From Macrostomum hystrix (Eukaryota; Animalia; Platyhelminthes), in contig CATNEN010000029.1 in NCBI GenBank assembly GCA_950097015.1, positions 372,001 to 436,000 on the forward strand: DNA of 64,000 nt, given 5' to 3'. Positions 49,700-60,840 of this stretch are shown here, one piece after another; positions within the stretch are counted from its first letter, which is position 1; every line of letters begins with the position of its first letter. The notes below the pieces were generated by a model that saw only the letters and a list, made by a program, of their open reading frames with translations, had not been told where the DNA came from and ran no database searches. A program made the position numbers and the translations under genes.

Positions 49700-50185
49700 A
49701 GTTTATCAACCCCGACCTCTGAATCTACCCCCTACTACTACTGTCTACCCTACCTCTCTGTCTACCCCACCCTCTCTATCTATACCCCATCCCCTCTGTC
49801 TACCCCTACCTCTCTGTCTACCCCTACCTCTCTGTCTACCCCACCCACTCTGTCTACCCCTACCTCTCTGTCTACCCCTACCTCTCTGTCTACCCCACCC
49901 ACTCTGTCTACCCCTACCTCTCTGTCTACCCCTACCTCTCTATCTACCCCATCCCCTCTGTCTACCCCTACCTCTCTGTCTACCCCTACCTCTCTGTCTA
50001 CCCCTACCTCTCTGTCTACCCCTACCTCTCTGTCTACCCCTACCTCTCTGTCTACCCCTACCTCTCTGTCAACCCCTACCTCTCTGTCAACCCCTACCTC
50101 TCTGTCAACCCCTACCTCTCTGTCTACCCCTACCTCTCTGTCTACCCCTACCTCTCTGTCTACCCCTACCTCTCTGTCTACCTCT
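49700..50185. repeat. 18-bp pyrimidine-rich minisatellite
   Basis: Tandem CTCTCTGTCTACCCCTAC. Confidence 0.93.
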
Positions 50186-51111
50186 AGTTCTCCTCTATAG
50201 CTGCTCCATGTTGCACGGAATGCACTACAGTTTCAGCCGAATGAGAAGGCATTGCTTTGGCAAACCAAGCGAATGTCTTATCGTCTGGTAACCAAAGCAA
50301 GGGACTGGAGCGGGATCTTAGATAGAGGTACTGGTGGCTAGTTAGCAGTCTGTTAGTGGGCTGAGACCGATAGCATTACAACAGAGGCCTGCTTCTGATA
50401 GCCAAGCTATTTCGCTCGACGATAAGATATAAAGTGCAATTTTTTCAGATTTGCCGGAATAGAGACTTGCAGGCAAAGGTTTTTCATGATTTGTTTCTGA
50501 CAATGAAACTCTTCTGCATCCAACATAGGCGCTGGAACAGGAGCAGGATTTACAAAACTAAAACACCAGGAGAATACTAATAATGAGCTTATAGTATTAT
50601 AGTATCTTGCTTATTTCCTTAACTTCTCTTTCCATTCCCACCAATTTATTTACTCTTCCTTTCTTTCCGTTTTCGTTTCCTTCCATAGGTTGTCATAGCT
50701 AGTATTACGAGCAAATCGACAACCGTGTGACTGTGACATGACTTGCATCATTCTCACTCGGATTAGTTAACACAGCAATGAGCGTATCTATTGCGTAATC
50801 TATTTAATTATTCAATTCGCCTTTCCATGATTACTCACTGTTTCACACACAATATACTAGTGCATAAGGCAATCAAATTGACTCCAATGTAATGTTAAGC
50901 CTTGAAATTAGCGCTATGCTTTGCTTTACTCATGCTTTGGCACGTAAGTAGCGTGACACGAAAATTTGCTAAGAGCTTTAGGAAAACTTTGGGAATTAGC
51001 TTCAAAAAATTAAATGAAATGGAACCAACATGCCGCAAACAGACAGTTCATACTCTCAAAACTGTAAAAATAATTCAATCAGAAGCACTTTAGAACTGTA
51101 CTTAACTTTCT

Positions 51112-52805
51112 GAAATGATCCCAGTCTGTAAGGAATAAGTGTCTGAAATGATCCCAGTCTGACAGGAATAAGTGTCTGAAATGATCCCAGTCTGGCAGGA
51201 ATAAGTGTCTGAAATGATCCCAGTCTGACAGGAATAAGTGTCTGAAATGATCCTAGTCTGACAGGAATAAGTGTCTGAAATGATCCCAGTTAGGAATAAG
51301 TGTCTGAAATGATCCCAGTTAGGAATAAGTGTCTGAAATGATCCTAGTCTGGCAGGAATAAGTGTCTGAAATGATCCCAGTCTGACAGGAATAAGTGTCT
51401 GAAATGATCCCAGTCTGGCAGGAATAAGTGTCTGAAATGATCCTAGTCTGGCAGGAATAAGTGTCTGAAATGATCCCAGTCTGACAGGAATAAGTGTCTG
51501 AAATTATCACAGTCAGGAATAAGTGTCTGCAATGATCACAAACAGGAATAAGTGTCTGAAATGATCCCAGTCAGGAATAAGTGTCTGAAATGATCCCAGT
51601 CTGACAGGAATAAGTGTCTGAAATGATCCTAGTCTGACAGGAATAAGTGTCTGAAATGATCCCAGTTAGGAATAAGTGTCTGAAATGATCCCAGTTAGGA
51701 ATAAGTGTCTGAAATGATCCTAGTCTGGCAGGAATAAGTGTCTGAAATGATCCCAGTCTGACAGGAATAAGTGTCTGAAATGATCCCAGTCTGGCAGGAA
51801 TAAGTGTCTGAAATGATCCTAGTCTGGCAGGAATAAGTGTCTGAAATGATCCCAGTCTGACAGGAATAAGTGTCTGAAATTATCACAGTCAGGAATAAGT
51901 GTCTGCAATGATCACAAACAGGAATAAGTGTCTGAAATGATCCCAGTCAGGAATACGTGTCTGAAATGATCCCAGTCTGTAAGGAATAAGTGTCTGAAAT
52001 GATCCCAGTCTGGCAGGAATAAGTGTCTGAAATGATCCCAGTCTGGCAGGAATAAGTGTCTGAAATGATCCCAGTCTGACAGGAATAAGTGTCTGAAATT
52101 ATCACAGTCAGGAATAAGTGTCTGCAATGATCACAAACAGGAATAAGTGTCTGAAATGATCCCAGTCAGGAATACGTGTCTGAAATGATCCCAGTCTGTA
52201 AGGAATAAGTGTCTGAAATGATCCCAGTCTGGCAGGAATAAGTGTCTGAAATGATCCCAGTCTGGCAGGAATAAGTGTCTGAAATGATCCCAGTCTGACA
52301 GGAATAAGTGTCTGAAATTATCACAGTCAGGAATAAGTGTCTGCAATGATCACAAACAGGAATAAGTGTCTGAAATGATCCCAGTCAGGAATACGTGTCT
52401 GAAATGATCCCAGTCTGTAAGGAATAAGTGTCTGAAATGATCCCAGTCTGGCAGGAATAAGTGTCTGAAATGATCCCAGTCTGGCAGGAATAAGTGTCTG
52501 AAATGATCCCAGTCTGGCAGGAATAAGTGTCTGAAATGATCCTAGTCTGACAGGAATAAGTGTCTGAAATGATCCTAGTCTGACAGGAATACGTGTCTGA
52601 AATGATCCCAGTCTGTAAGGAATAAGTGTCTGAAATGATCCCAGTCTGACAGGAATAAGTGTATGCAATGATCAAAATAGGAATAAGTGTCTGAAATGAT
52701 CCCAGTCTGACAGGAATAAGTGTCTGAAATTATCACAGTCAGGAATAAGTGTCTGCAATGATCACAAACAGGAATAAGTGTCTGAAATGATCCCAGTCTG
52801 ACAGG
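51112..52805. repeat. 33-bp minisatellite with higher-order blocks
   Basis: Tandem GAAATGATCCCAGTCTGACAGGAATAAGTGTCT with shorter variants. Identical ORF translations recur at offsets of 376 bp (51319 and 51695) and 219 bp (51912 and 52131). Confidence 0.95.
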
Positions 52806-53000
52806 AATGTGTCTGAAATAATCTCATCATGTAATCTATTTATCAATCAGTCAATCAATATACGACTGAAGCTGTCTACAATGCGGCCCAGGCCTGTGCA
52901 AGCAGTCTTAAAATTCGTACAAGACCATTGCTGGAACTGTATGCGGGCCGACGTTCACCAAACGTTTAGGAGAGCGCAATGTCTAAAAATAGCAACAGCA

Positions 53001-53123
53001 GGGAATCCCCGAGTCTCTCTCACTGACGGCCTGCGGAAACGTATCACCAACGCAGCCGCAACGTAGGAGCTGCGTGGCAGCGGCCGTGGCAGCGGCCGTG
53101 GCAGCGCTGGAGGCAGTATAAAA
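53001..53123 (+). promoter_or_regulatory. Putative p62 promoter: kappaB-like site and TATA box
   Basis: GGGAATCCCC at 53001-53010 fits GGGRNWYYCC. TATAAAA at 53117-53123 lies about 100 bp upstream of the ATG. Confidence 0.5.
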
Positions 53124-53220
53124 GCAGCAGCTTCTGGCCAGCAAGGAGCCAAGAGAATCGTCAAGCATCAGCACCGACGAGCTTCAACTAAAGAAACTGC
53201 TTTGCGAATTCCCGCATACA

Positions 53221-54132
53221 ATGTCTACGTCGCTCGTGACTCTCAAGTGTTACTATGGCAACGAGATCCGGCGCCTCAGTCTGGCGGGGCAGGCGAACTA
53301 CCCCAGCCTGGTGGAGCAGCTGCAGGCAGCGTTCTCCATCGAGCCGACCCAGCAGATTCGGCTGCGCTGGCAGGACGAGGAAGGCGACCGGGTGGCGATG
53401 AGCTCGACGGCCGAGCTGCACGAGGCCCTTCGCAGCGTCGCCGGCAGGCAGGACGGAAGGCCTGGCGACGCCGTGAAAATCTTCGTGAGCGTCGGCGAAT
53501 CGACGGTCGTTCACGAGGGCGTCAGGTGCGACGGCTGCGAGTCGGGCGTGACTGGCCACCGCTTCAAGTGCCTCCTGTGCCCCGACTTTGACCTCTGCTC
53601 AGCCTGCATGAATGCGGGCAGCCACAGCCAGCATCCCATGATCCTCATCCGGCGGCCCGACGACTTTCCTGCCGCTCGCTTCTTCCGCCGCGGCGGCCAC
53701 TGCGGCTTTGGCGGCTTCCGCGGCGGTGGCGGCGGCTGCCGACGAGCCGGCCCCGGAGGCTGCGGCCCGCGCTTCGGCGACTTCTTCGCCAAGGCTGCCG
53801 AGGCCGCCGAAGCCGCCGTCGCTGCCGCAGCGGCCGACCTCGAAGAAGCCGCCGCGGCCTCCAAGCCGGCGTCAACGCCGCAGCCTCCGCCTCCGGCTGC
53901 CCAATCCGCCGAGGAGATGGCGACCGATGAGCGGCCGGAGGAGGCCGCATCCGCGGCAGCAGGTTGGCATGGCAACAGCCAGGAGGCATCGCTGGACCCG
54001 CGCGTGGCCAGGGCTCTGGAGCACATGCGCGCCATGGGGTTCAGCGATGACGGAGGCTGGCTGACCCGCCTGCTGCTGGCCAAGGAGGGCGACATCTGCG
54101 CCGTGCTAGACGCTCTCCGCCCCGCCAAGTGA
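53221..54132 (+). CDS. SQSTM1: Sequestosome-1/p62/Ref(2)P-like autophagy receptor (PB1-ZZ-UBA), 303 aa, single exon
   Basis: PB1 domain: TLKCYY, EIRRLS and acidic WQDEEGDRVAMSS. ZZ finger: HEGVRCDGC...GHRFKCLLCPDFDLCSAC...HSQH. p62-type UBA domain: DPRVARALEHMRAMGFSDDGGWLTRLLLAKEGDICAVLDAL. Confidence 0.95.
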   Translation: MSTSLVTLKCYYGNEIRRLSLAGQANYPSLVEQLQAAFSIEPTQQIRLRWQDEEGDRVAMSSTAELHEALRSVAGRQDGRPGDAVKIFVSVGESTVVHEGVRCDGCESGVTGHRFKCLLCPDFDLCSACMNAGSHSQHPMILIRRPDDFPAARFFRRGGHCGFGGFRGGGGGCRRAGPGGCGPRFGDFFAKAAEAAEAAVAAAAADLEEAAAASKPASTPQPPPPAAQSAEEMATDERPEEAASAAAGWHGNSQEASLDPRVARALEHMRAMGFSDDGGWLTRLLLAKEGDICAVLDALRPAK

Positions 54133-54669
54133 GCTGGGCGGCGTTCCGCACAACTGCGTAACCACTGTTGAAATGTTTATCCAGTGCGCGCGCGCTCAAT
54201 ACTACTCGCAGTAGTAGCTGACAGTTGCATGCATGCATTGCTTAGTCACTATTTGTATTCAATAATCTGAGTCAACCATACTAAAAAGTTGACAGTTCAA
54301 TTTCGCTCCTACTTTGAGTAGAGTATTTCTAACGAACCTACTGTCTTTTCGTTAATATTTATCTTAAAAAAGTAAACAAGGTGCATAGACAAAGAAATCT
54401 GAATTGGCTACAGAAATGAGACTTTCCTCTGAAAACTAACAGCTTTGTCGTTTGTCGACTCTTTATAAACTCAAAAGAGATATATTTATAGGTGTAAATA
54501 AATCGCTTATTGTGCGCGTCCGCGAGCCTTATTGACTGTGTGCGCAGCTCATCACACACAATCCAGCTTGATTGTGTGCAAAACTATGCCATTGGTTGAG
54601 GACAATATGAAATTGCATCTTCAAGCGCTTTACTGCAAAACACTCTCGTCATATCCCACTAATTCACCC

Positions 54670-54990
54670 ACCTTCTCAATAATCTCATGCGCACCGCAAT
54701 AATCTCATGCGCACCGCAATAATCTCATGCCCACCTTCTCAATAATCTCATGCCCACCTTCTCAAAAATCTCATCACGACCTTCTCAATAATCCTATACT
54801 ATCTTTACAATAATCTCATACCATCTTCATAATAAGCTCATACCATCTTCTCAATAATCTCATACCACCTTCTCAAAAATCTCATCACGACCTTCTCAAT
54901 AATCCTATACTATCTTTACAATAATCTCATACCATCTTCATAATAAGCTCATACCATCTTCTCAATAATCTCATACCACCTTCTCAAAAA
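54670..54990. repeat. Degenerate tandem repeat with a roughly 110-bp duplication
   Basis: AATAATCTCAT(G/A)CC...-type units. The block CCTTCTCAAAAATCTCATCACGACC...TCATACCACCTTCTC occurs twice. Confidence 0.75.
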
Positions 54991-55454
54991 GGTCTTGTGA
55001 TCTACCCATCACTGTTAATCGCGCGATAAATGGCAACAACATCAAGGTGTACAGATTAGATACAATGGGCAGCGGTCTGATAATGTTGTGATGCAGAAAT
55101 ACAGTATATACAGGTGATTTCACACACCAAATAATCTTGAGAATAACAGCGGGACCACTTCAGAGCGAATTGTATTGGCGTTATCATTGCGCTCATTTGA
55201 GAACAAAAGAGAATATAAATAATAGTGTCCATATTGGAATGCTGCAGTTGATGATGTCTTACGGGCTTATTCAATCACCAATCGAAAACATCAACTGTGA
55301 GAGAAAAGCGTAGACCTATTTCAACGCTGTTTTGTCATGTTTGGAAAATAGCAGCTTGGAAAACTCGAGACCAACTAGCAAAACCGCCTGCTAATATTTC
55401 ACTGAAATTATTCATTCCAATCAGCCATGTTGGATTGGATTGGATTGGAGGCAG

Positions 55455-56435
55455 ATTCAAGGCAGATTGGATAGGTATCAAGGCAGATTGGATAGGTATC
55501 AAGGTAGATTGGATAGGTACCAAGGCAGATTGGATAGGTATCAAGGTAGATTGGATAGGTACCAAGGCAGATTGGATAGGTATCAAGGCAGATTGGATAG
55601 GTATCAAGGCAGATTGGATAGGTATCAAGGTAGATTGGATAGGTACCAAGGCAGATTGGATAGGTATCAAGGCAGATTGGATAGGTATCAAGGCAGATTG
55701 GATAGGTATCAAGGCAGATTGGATAGGTATCAAGGTAGATTGGATAGGTACCAAGGCAGATTGGATAGGTACCAAGGCAGATTGGATAGGTATCAAGGTA
55801 GATTGGATAGGTACCAAGGCAGATTGGATAGGTACCAAGGCAGATTGGATAGGTATCAAGGTAGATTGGATAGGTACCAAGGCAGATTGGATAGGTATCA
55901 AGGTAGATTGGATAGGTACCAAGGCAGATTGGATAGGTATCAAGGTAGATTGGATAGGTACCAAGGCAGATTGGATAGGTATCAAGGTAGATTGGATAGG
56001 TACCAAGGCAGATTGGATAGGTATCAAGGTAGATTGGATAGGTATCAAGGCAGATTGGATAGGTATCAAGGCAGATTGGATAGGTATCAAGGCAGATTGG
56101 ATAGGTATCAAGGCAGATTGGATAGGTATCAAGGTAGATTGGATAGGTATTAAGGTAGATTGGATAGGTATCAAGGCAGATTGGATAGGTATCAAGGCAG
56201 ATTGGATAGGTATCAAGGCAGATTGGATAGGTATCAAGGCAGATTGGATAGGTATCAAGGCAGATTGGATAGGTATCAAGGTAGATTGGATAGGTATTAA
56301 GGTAGATTGGATAGGTATCAAGGCAGATTGGATAGGTATCAAGGCAGATTGGATAGGTATCAAGGCAGATTGGATAGGTATCAAGGCAGATTGGATAGGT
56401 ACCAAGGCAGATTGGATAGGTATCAAGGGAGATTA
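55455..56435. repeat. 21-bp minisatellite
   Basis: About 46 copies of GATTGGATAGGTA(T/C)CAAGG(C/T)A. Confidence 0.96.
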
Positions 56436-57044
56436 GATAAAAAATTAAATTGGTATTAAGGGAGAGAAATTAGATAGGGAGACAGGGAGACCAGTGTGGA
56501 AGAAAGTGGGACTGGTAAGACAAAAGACAAAGGTGAACACACTATGGACAAATGGCAGAAAGATGGGGTTAAAGCAAAGTATGCAAACAAGAAGATCCAA
56601 CTAATCACAGACTCGTGGAAAATAGCAAAATAAAAATTCAATCCTAAAGAAGAGAGATGAGAGACGAGCGAAATGACTTCAAGGCATGTATGCAAGTGTA
56701 CACAACATACCTGACAAGGCATTGCTTACGTGCAATTCTTTCTCAATACAATTTGAATTACACTTTCGCATGGTCCGGCACGGGACAAAAGCGAGATACT
56801 TTGGGAAGACCAATATGCTGGGGAAAATGAGTCTTATAAAGAAGAAAAATTCATTTGCCAGCACTACATGGTAAGACAGCTTGCCCATAACATGCTCGTT
56901 TCTAATTAGTAAATCGCAGACACGCACACTAGCGACTTAGATTTATATAAGAAATAAAAGAAAGCATTCAATGACAAAAGTCAATTGGGGCGTCTTAGAA
57001 AAATATATCATTGGACAAAGAACAACCAAGGGACTCGTGGCCCC

Positions 57045-57971
57045 TTATCTGGACTGGCTAGCTTTGTACTTTTCCACACCGGTGAATCGTTTAGGCGCCG
57101 GCATGGAGCTGACAGGTCTGAACTGGAATCTCTGCTGAAAAGACGAGCCGCTGCTGACGATAGACCTGCCAGAAGGCCTAGGTGGAGGCGGCGCCGGCGC
57201 GGTGGACGATCGGCCGATTGGCGCGCGCGACGGAGGCGGCGGAGGCGGCTGACGACCTGCGAAAGTAGAAGGCGGCAGCAGCGGCGGAGGCGGGTGCAAC
57301 TGTCCGCTAGAGCTGACTGGTCGACTGCGGGCTGGCACAGCCGGAGGCTCCTGCGTCAATCGTCGACTAGAATGATCCGGGGGAAGCGGCGGCGGGCCAG
57401 ACGGCTGCCGCATCAGAACTGGCTTAGAGCTCTGCGGCGGCGGCGTTGGCGGTATCCGGGGTGGAGGCACCGCCAGTGCAGAACGCGGCGATTTCTGTGC
57501 GGCGCCCCGATCCATCGGCCGCATCGGCGCCTGCTGCCTCTGGATGGGCGGCGGCGGCGGCGGCATCTTCATCGATGGCGGTCGGCTGTTGACACCGTTC
57601 TGTGACGGCGCTGTGACAGAGCTGACGCCGCCGTTAGACGCTCGCTTGGCGAACTTGTTAGCCAGCTCCTGCTGGAAATTGCCGATCGGAGCCCCGACGG
57701 CGGCGGACGGTGACGAACTGGAACTCTCTGAAGACATCGTCGACATCCGATGAGAGGAGACGGAGTTGGGCCTTGTCGCATTGCTGCCATTGCGGCCGCC
57801 CAGTTGAGCTTCGCTTCTGTCGCGCTTCTGATTATCTGGCACTTTGCGCAACCTGGCGCCGCCCCGGATTTCGCCTAAAAGTGCATTCTTGCTAGGCGGA
57901 CCAGCCGCTGAGGATGGTGGAGGAGGCGGCGGCGGCGGAGGTGGTGGTGGTGGCGGCGCCGGCAGTGGCAT
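57045..57971 (-). CDS. WASP-interacting protein / verprolin-like (WIPF), 308 aa, single coding exon
   Basis: N-terminal poly-Pro and a WH2 motif, KNALLGEIRGGARLRKV, then a Pro-rich middle. The C-terminus FQQRFQFRPVSSMPAPKRF resembles the WIP WASP-binding segment. A splice acceptor CTATCCATCAG directly precedes the ATG. Confidence 0.88.
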   Translation of the reverse strand: MPLPAPPPPPPPPPPPPPPSSAAGPPSKNALLGEIRGGARLRKVPDNQKRDRSEAQLGGRNGSNATRPNSVSSHRMSTMSSESSSSSPSAAVGAPIGNFQQELANKFAKRASNGGVSSVTAPSQNGVNSRPPSMKMPPPPPPIQRQQAPMRPMDRGAAQKSPRSALAVPPPRIPPTPPPQSSKPVLMRQPSGPPPLPPDHSSRRLTQEPPAVPARSRPVSSSGQLHPPPPLLPPSTFAGRQPPPPPPSRAPIGRSSTAPAPPPPRPSGRSIVSSGSSFQQRFQFRPVSSMPAPKRFTGVEKYKASQSR

Positions 57972-58399
57972 CTGATGGATAGAGAAAGTTAGATCAGATT
58001 TAAATTAGGAGTTGATCTAAAAAATCCAAGCAACAAAAGTACATGAAAAATACCTCCAGGGCCTTAAACATTTACTTTACTAACAAACAATAAACATATT
58101 AAATTCTTATTATTATTGTTGTAAGTTGTAATAAAAACATTTTGTTTTCATTTTGTTACATTTTCTTTGCTAAGTAATTTATATTTACACTTGGTACACT
58201 CATGGTAGTATAATTTATAATTTTGTATTTTTATTCTTATGTATTACCAATTGTAAATTTGTTATAACTGATGAGTGGAAGTTAAAAATAAAGAGATGCT
58301 GGTAACAACCAGTTAAACATCAGCAGTTTAGGCCTGGACCCTCAAGTAATGCTTATTTACTTCTTTAGGTACTAATATAATAATAATAATAAAAATAAT

Positions 58400-58715
58400 A
58401 ATTGCAGGAGGGCAGTAGGCAATTGCACATTATTTTAGTGACACTAGACCCACTGCCAGCAAGGAGGCAATTCTGCCCATTCCACTGACTCCTGAGCACA
58501 CACGCACACAGATACTGTACGCAGGCATACGTTCACATAGGTGTGTACATCTGCCTTGACTTTATCATTGTCAGGCAGTGTACACTTTTACTGTGCCTTG
58601 GAGGTTGGCCTTCAAGGGTGTAAATGGCACAACAAACCCACAAGCCTTCTTTCTATGGCTACAACCTAAATAAATGTGGCCTCACCATGGAATCAAACTT
58701 AGGGACTGTGGTGCA
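58400..58715 (+). repeat. Dispersed repeat, copy B, with an inverted partial copy at about 58930-59035
   Basis: Similar to 24690-24990. AAAGTGTACACTGCCTGACAATGA.AAAGTCA.GG at about 58937 is the reverse complement of about 58555-58590. Confidence 0.78.
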
Positions 58716-60239
58716 AGAGGCAAATGTGTTAGGTACTAAACCCCTTTTAGGTACTATTATACTTGTGGAGAATTTATTTTTATTAGGCCTAGTTAGTTAT
58801 TAGGCCTTTTATTATCAATATACCTGTATGGCTATAGTCAGTGTCCCATTACGTTACTAATTAACCATTACTAGTCAATTTACTAGAGTTATTAAATTCT
58901 GAATAACTTGATCTGTTAAATAATCATGTCAGTGAAAGTGTACACTGCCTGACAATGAGAAAGTCAGGGCCTAGATGTATACACCAGTGTAATTCTGTCT
59001 GCATATAGCATCTGTGTGCATGTCTCGCATGTGTACAAATTAAAAGTTCACAATTCACTTAAAAAGTGTTTCATTATTTTACTTGTGTGGATTGTGGAAG
59101 AAAAACGTTGATTTTAATTTCAATTTAGATTTTATAAGTTTAAACTTGAAATTTAATTTTGATTCACTAATAAAAAATATAGATTCGATATTGCCCTACT
59201 AATAAATCTTAATTCTAGTGTTATAATATACAGGCCAATGTGTACTATTACTAGAATAGGCCCAAGACCTACATGCGATTGTAATATTAGCTTGAACTAC
59301 GATTAGCCTAACCACTTTAGTACTAGGCCTTAAAAAGACTATAGAAAATAGGGAAAAAATATTTTTTAATGTTGATACATTGACCACTAGAAACAAAAAG
59401 CTGTTTTCTTTGGCATTTTCGATCCTTGATATATGCATAGCATATAAGAGACAGGCCTATTTAATATGTTGAGTTGCACCTAATAATAGTTTTTGTCATT
59501 GTATTAGATGGATAGCGGCAATCTTGATCGGTCTCCCAGATATAATTCCGCGCTAAATTATTTTAATTTGAATTAGCGCTAAATCTGGCATTGTACAGTT
59601 CTAGTTTCAGGCTCTAAATTTTTAGATGATTACATGATTGCATCTTTAAAAAGGAGAGTAAAAAAGCGTGTAGGAGCGAGTTAGAAGTTTAGATTTAGAT
59701 TTAAATGTCAAAATGTTGTCAGTCTAAGTCTGTCAGTCAAATGTTAGACTGTTATCTAAAAAACGAGTAACCGCATATTATAACTTTGCGATGGTGAATT
59801 AATACTTTTTATTGCTCTAAAACTCTAAAATACGGAGCCTCGATTGAGTGGTCGAGTTATTTTTTATCAACATTAAAAATATGTATCTATTCTTATTAGG
59901 TTCAAGCGCAAAAATAGAAATGTTGGCTTGCTTAGAAACGTTGGGCACCAATCAAGAGATTAATTGTCGCTACATCCTTTTATGCAATTTCTTTTCCTTA
60001 ATAAAAGAGATCCAAATATAAACTTTTGACTTTGCTTTATATAATTTTTTTTTCTATTTGGATAGCCATTAATTGTTTTAGGTTTGATTTTGTTTATAAG
60101 ACAACATCGAAAACAACAACGAATATGTAGCTCCGCTTGTCGCATATTTCAGCGTTTACAGTAAGTGCCCCATCAAATGGCTGTTGGGGCAAGTGAGCGG
60201 ACGAATTCTGTCAGTGAGGCAGCCATTGAGCAGCGGAAT

Positions 60240-60840
60240 ACGTGACACGCCAGTTGAAGGTGCATGACGCCGATGCAATTAAGATGTTAGACAGGCGCAT
60301 TTGCAGCTCGTCCCTCTTGTACAAGGCCCTCGATCCCGACGCTCACATCAGCTTGAAATGCTACGGGATTCTCTCTGCCACTTTAGCGGGTACACGGACT
60401 GTCTACATCTCCGTGTTCTATGATCTCGACCACCGCCTGGCATAGCCGCGGACTCTGGTGGTCGGCGGGCAGCGCTTTAGATTGGAGAACAGCGCGTACC
60501 TCTCGATGGGTAGGCTGATCGGCACTGCTGCATGAGCCTTCAAAACTTCCAGCAACCAAAGGCAGTTTGTTCTGACGAGCGATGGACCTGCTGATGAGTT
60601 CAGCCCAAGCTCAGGCATTTTGCAAGGTTACTACTGGCTGGCTTGCCTTTTTTAGTTTAGCCTTTGACAAAGCACGGACGAGGACGACTGCAGCTTGTTT
60701 GGACCCCCCGCTGCGAAGCTCCCGACATCCGACATTCTCGCGTATGCTGACGACATCGCACTTCTCCGTCGCGACCCAGCAGTAGCTCGAGGCACCCTTT
60801 CTAGACTCCATGAGGAGGGTGTCAGGGTCGGCCTTGGTGG
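60240..60840 (+). mobile_element. Degenerate non-LTR reverse transcriptase fragment (RTE-like)
   Basis: GILQG-like codons (GGCATTTTGCAAGGT, ~60614) and YADDIALL (~60743), followed by LSRLHEEGVRVGL. The fragment is frameshifted. Confidence 0.7.

Noticed and set aside
49662-50291. Mucin-like STPTSL and LCLPLP ORFs
   Set aside because: 18-bp minisatellite with no flanking signal peptide or splice support.
53511-54128. 205-aa minus-strand ORF (and similar GC-rich antisense ORFs over Mondo, MAP1, CCDC89 and WIP)
   Set aside because: Antisense shadows of GC-rich real exons.
13948-56435. CRISPR-like arrays
   Set aside because: All arrays are head-to-tail tandem repeats without unique spacers, no cas genes are present, and the context is eukaryotic.
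55297-56436. 379-aa DWIGIKA, 363-aa IPIQSAL and 237-aa RYQGRLD ORFs
   Set aside because: A 21-bp stop-free array open in three frames. This is expected for a unit divisible by 3, and there is no other coding evidence.
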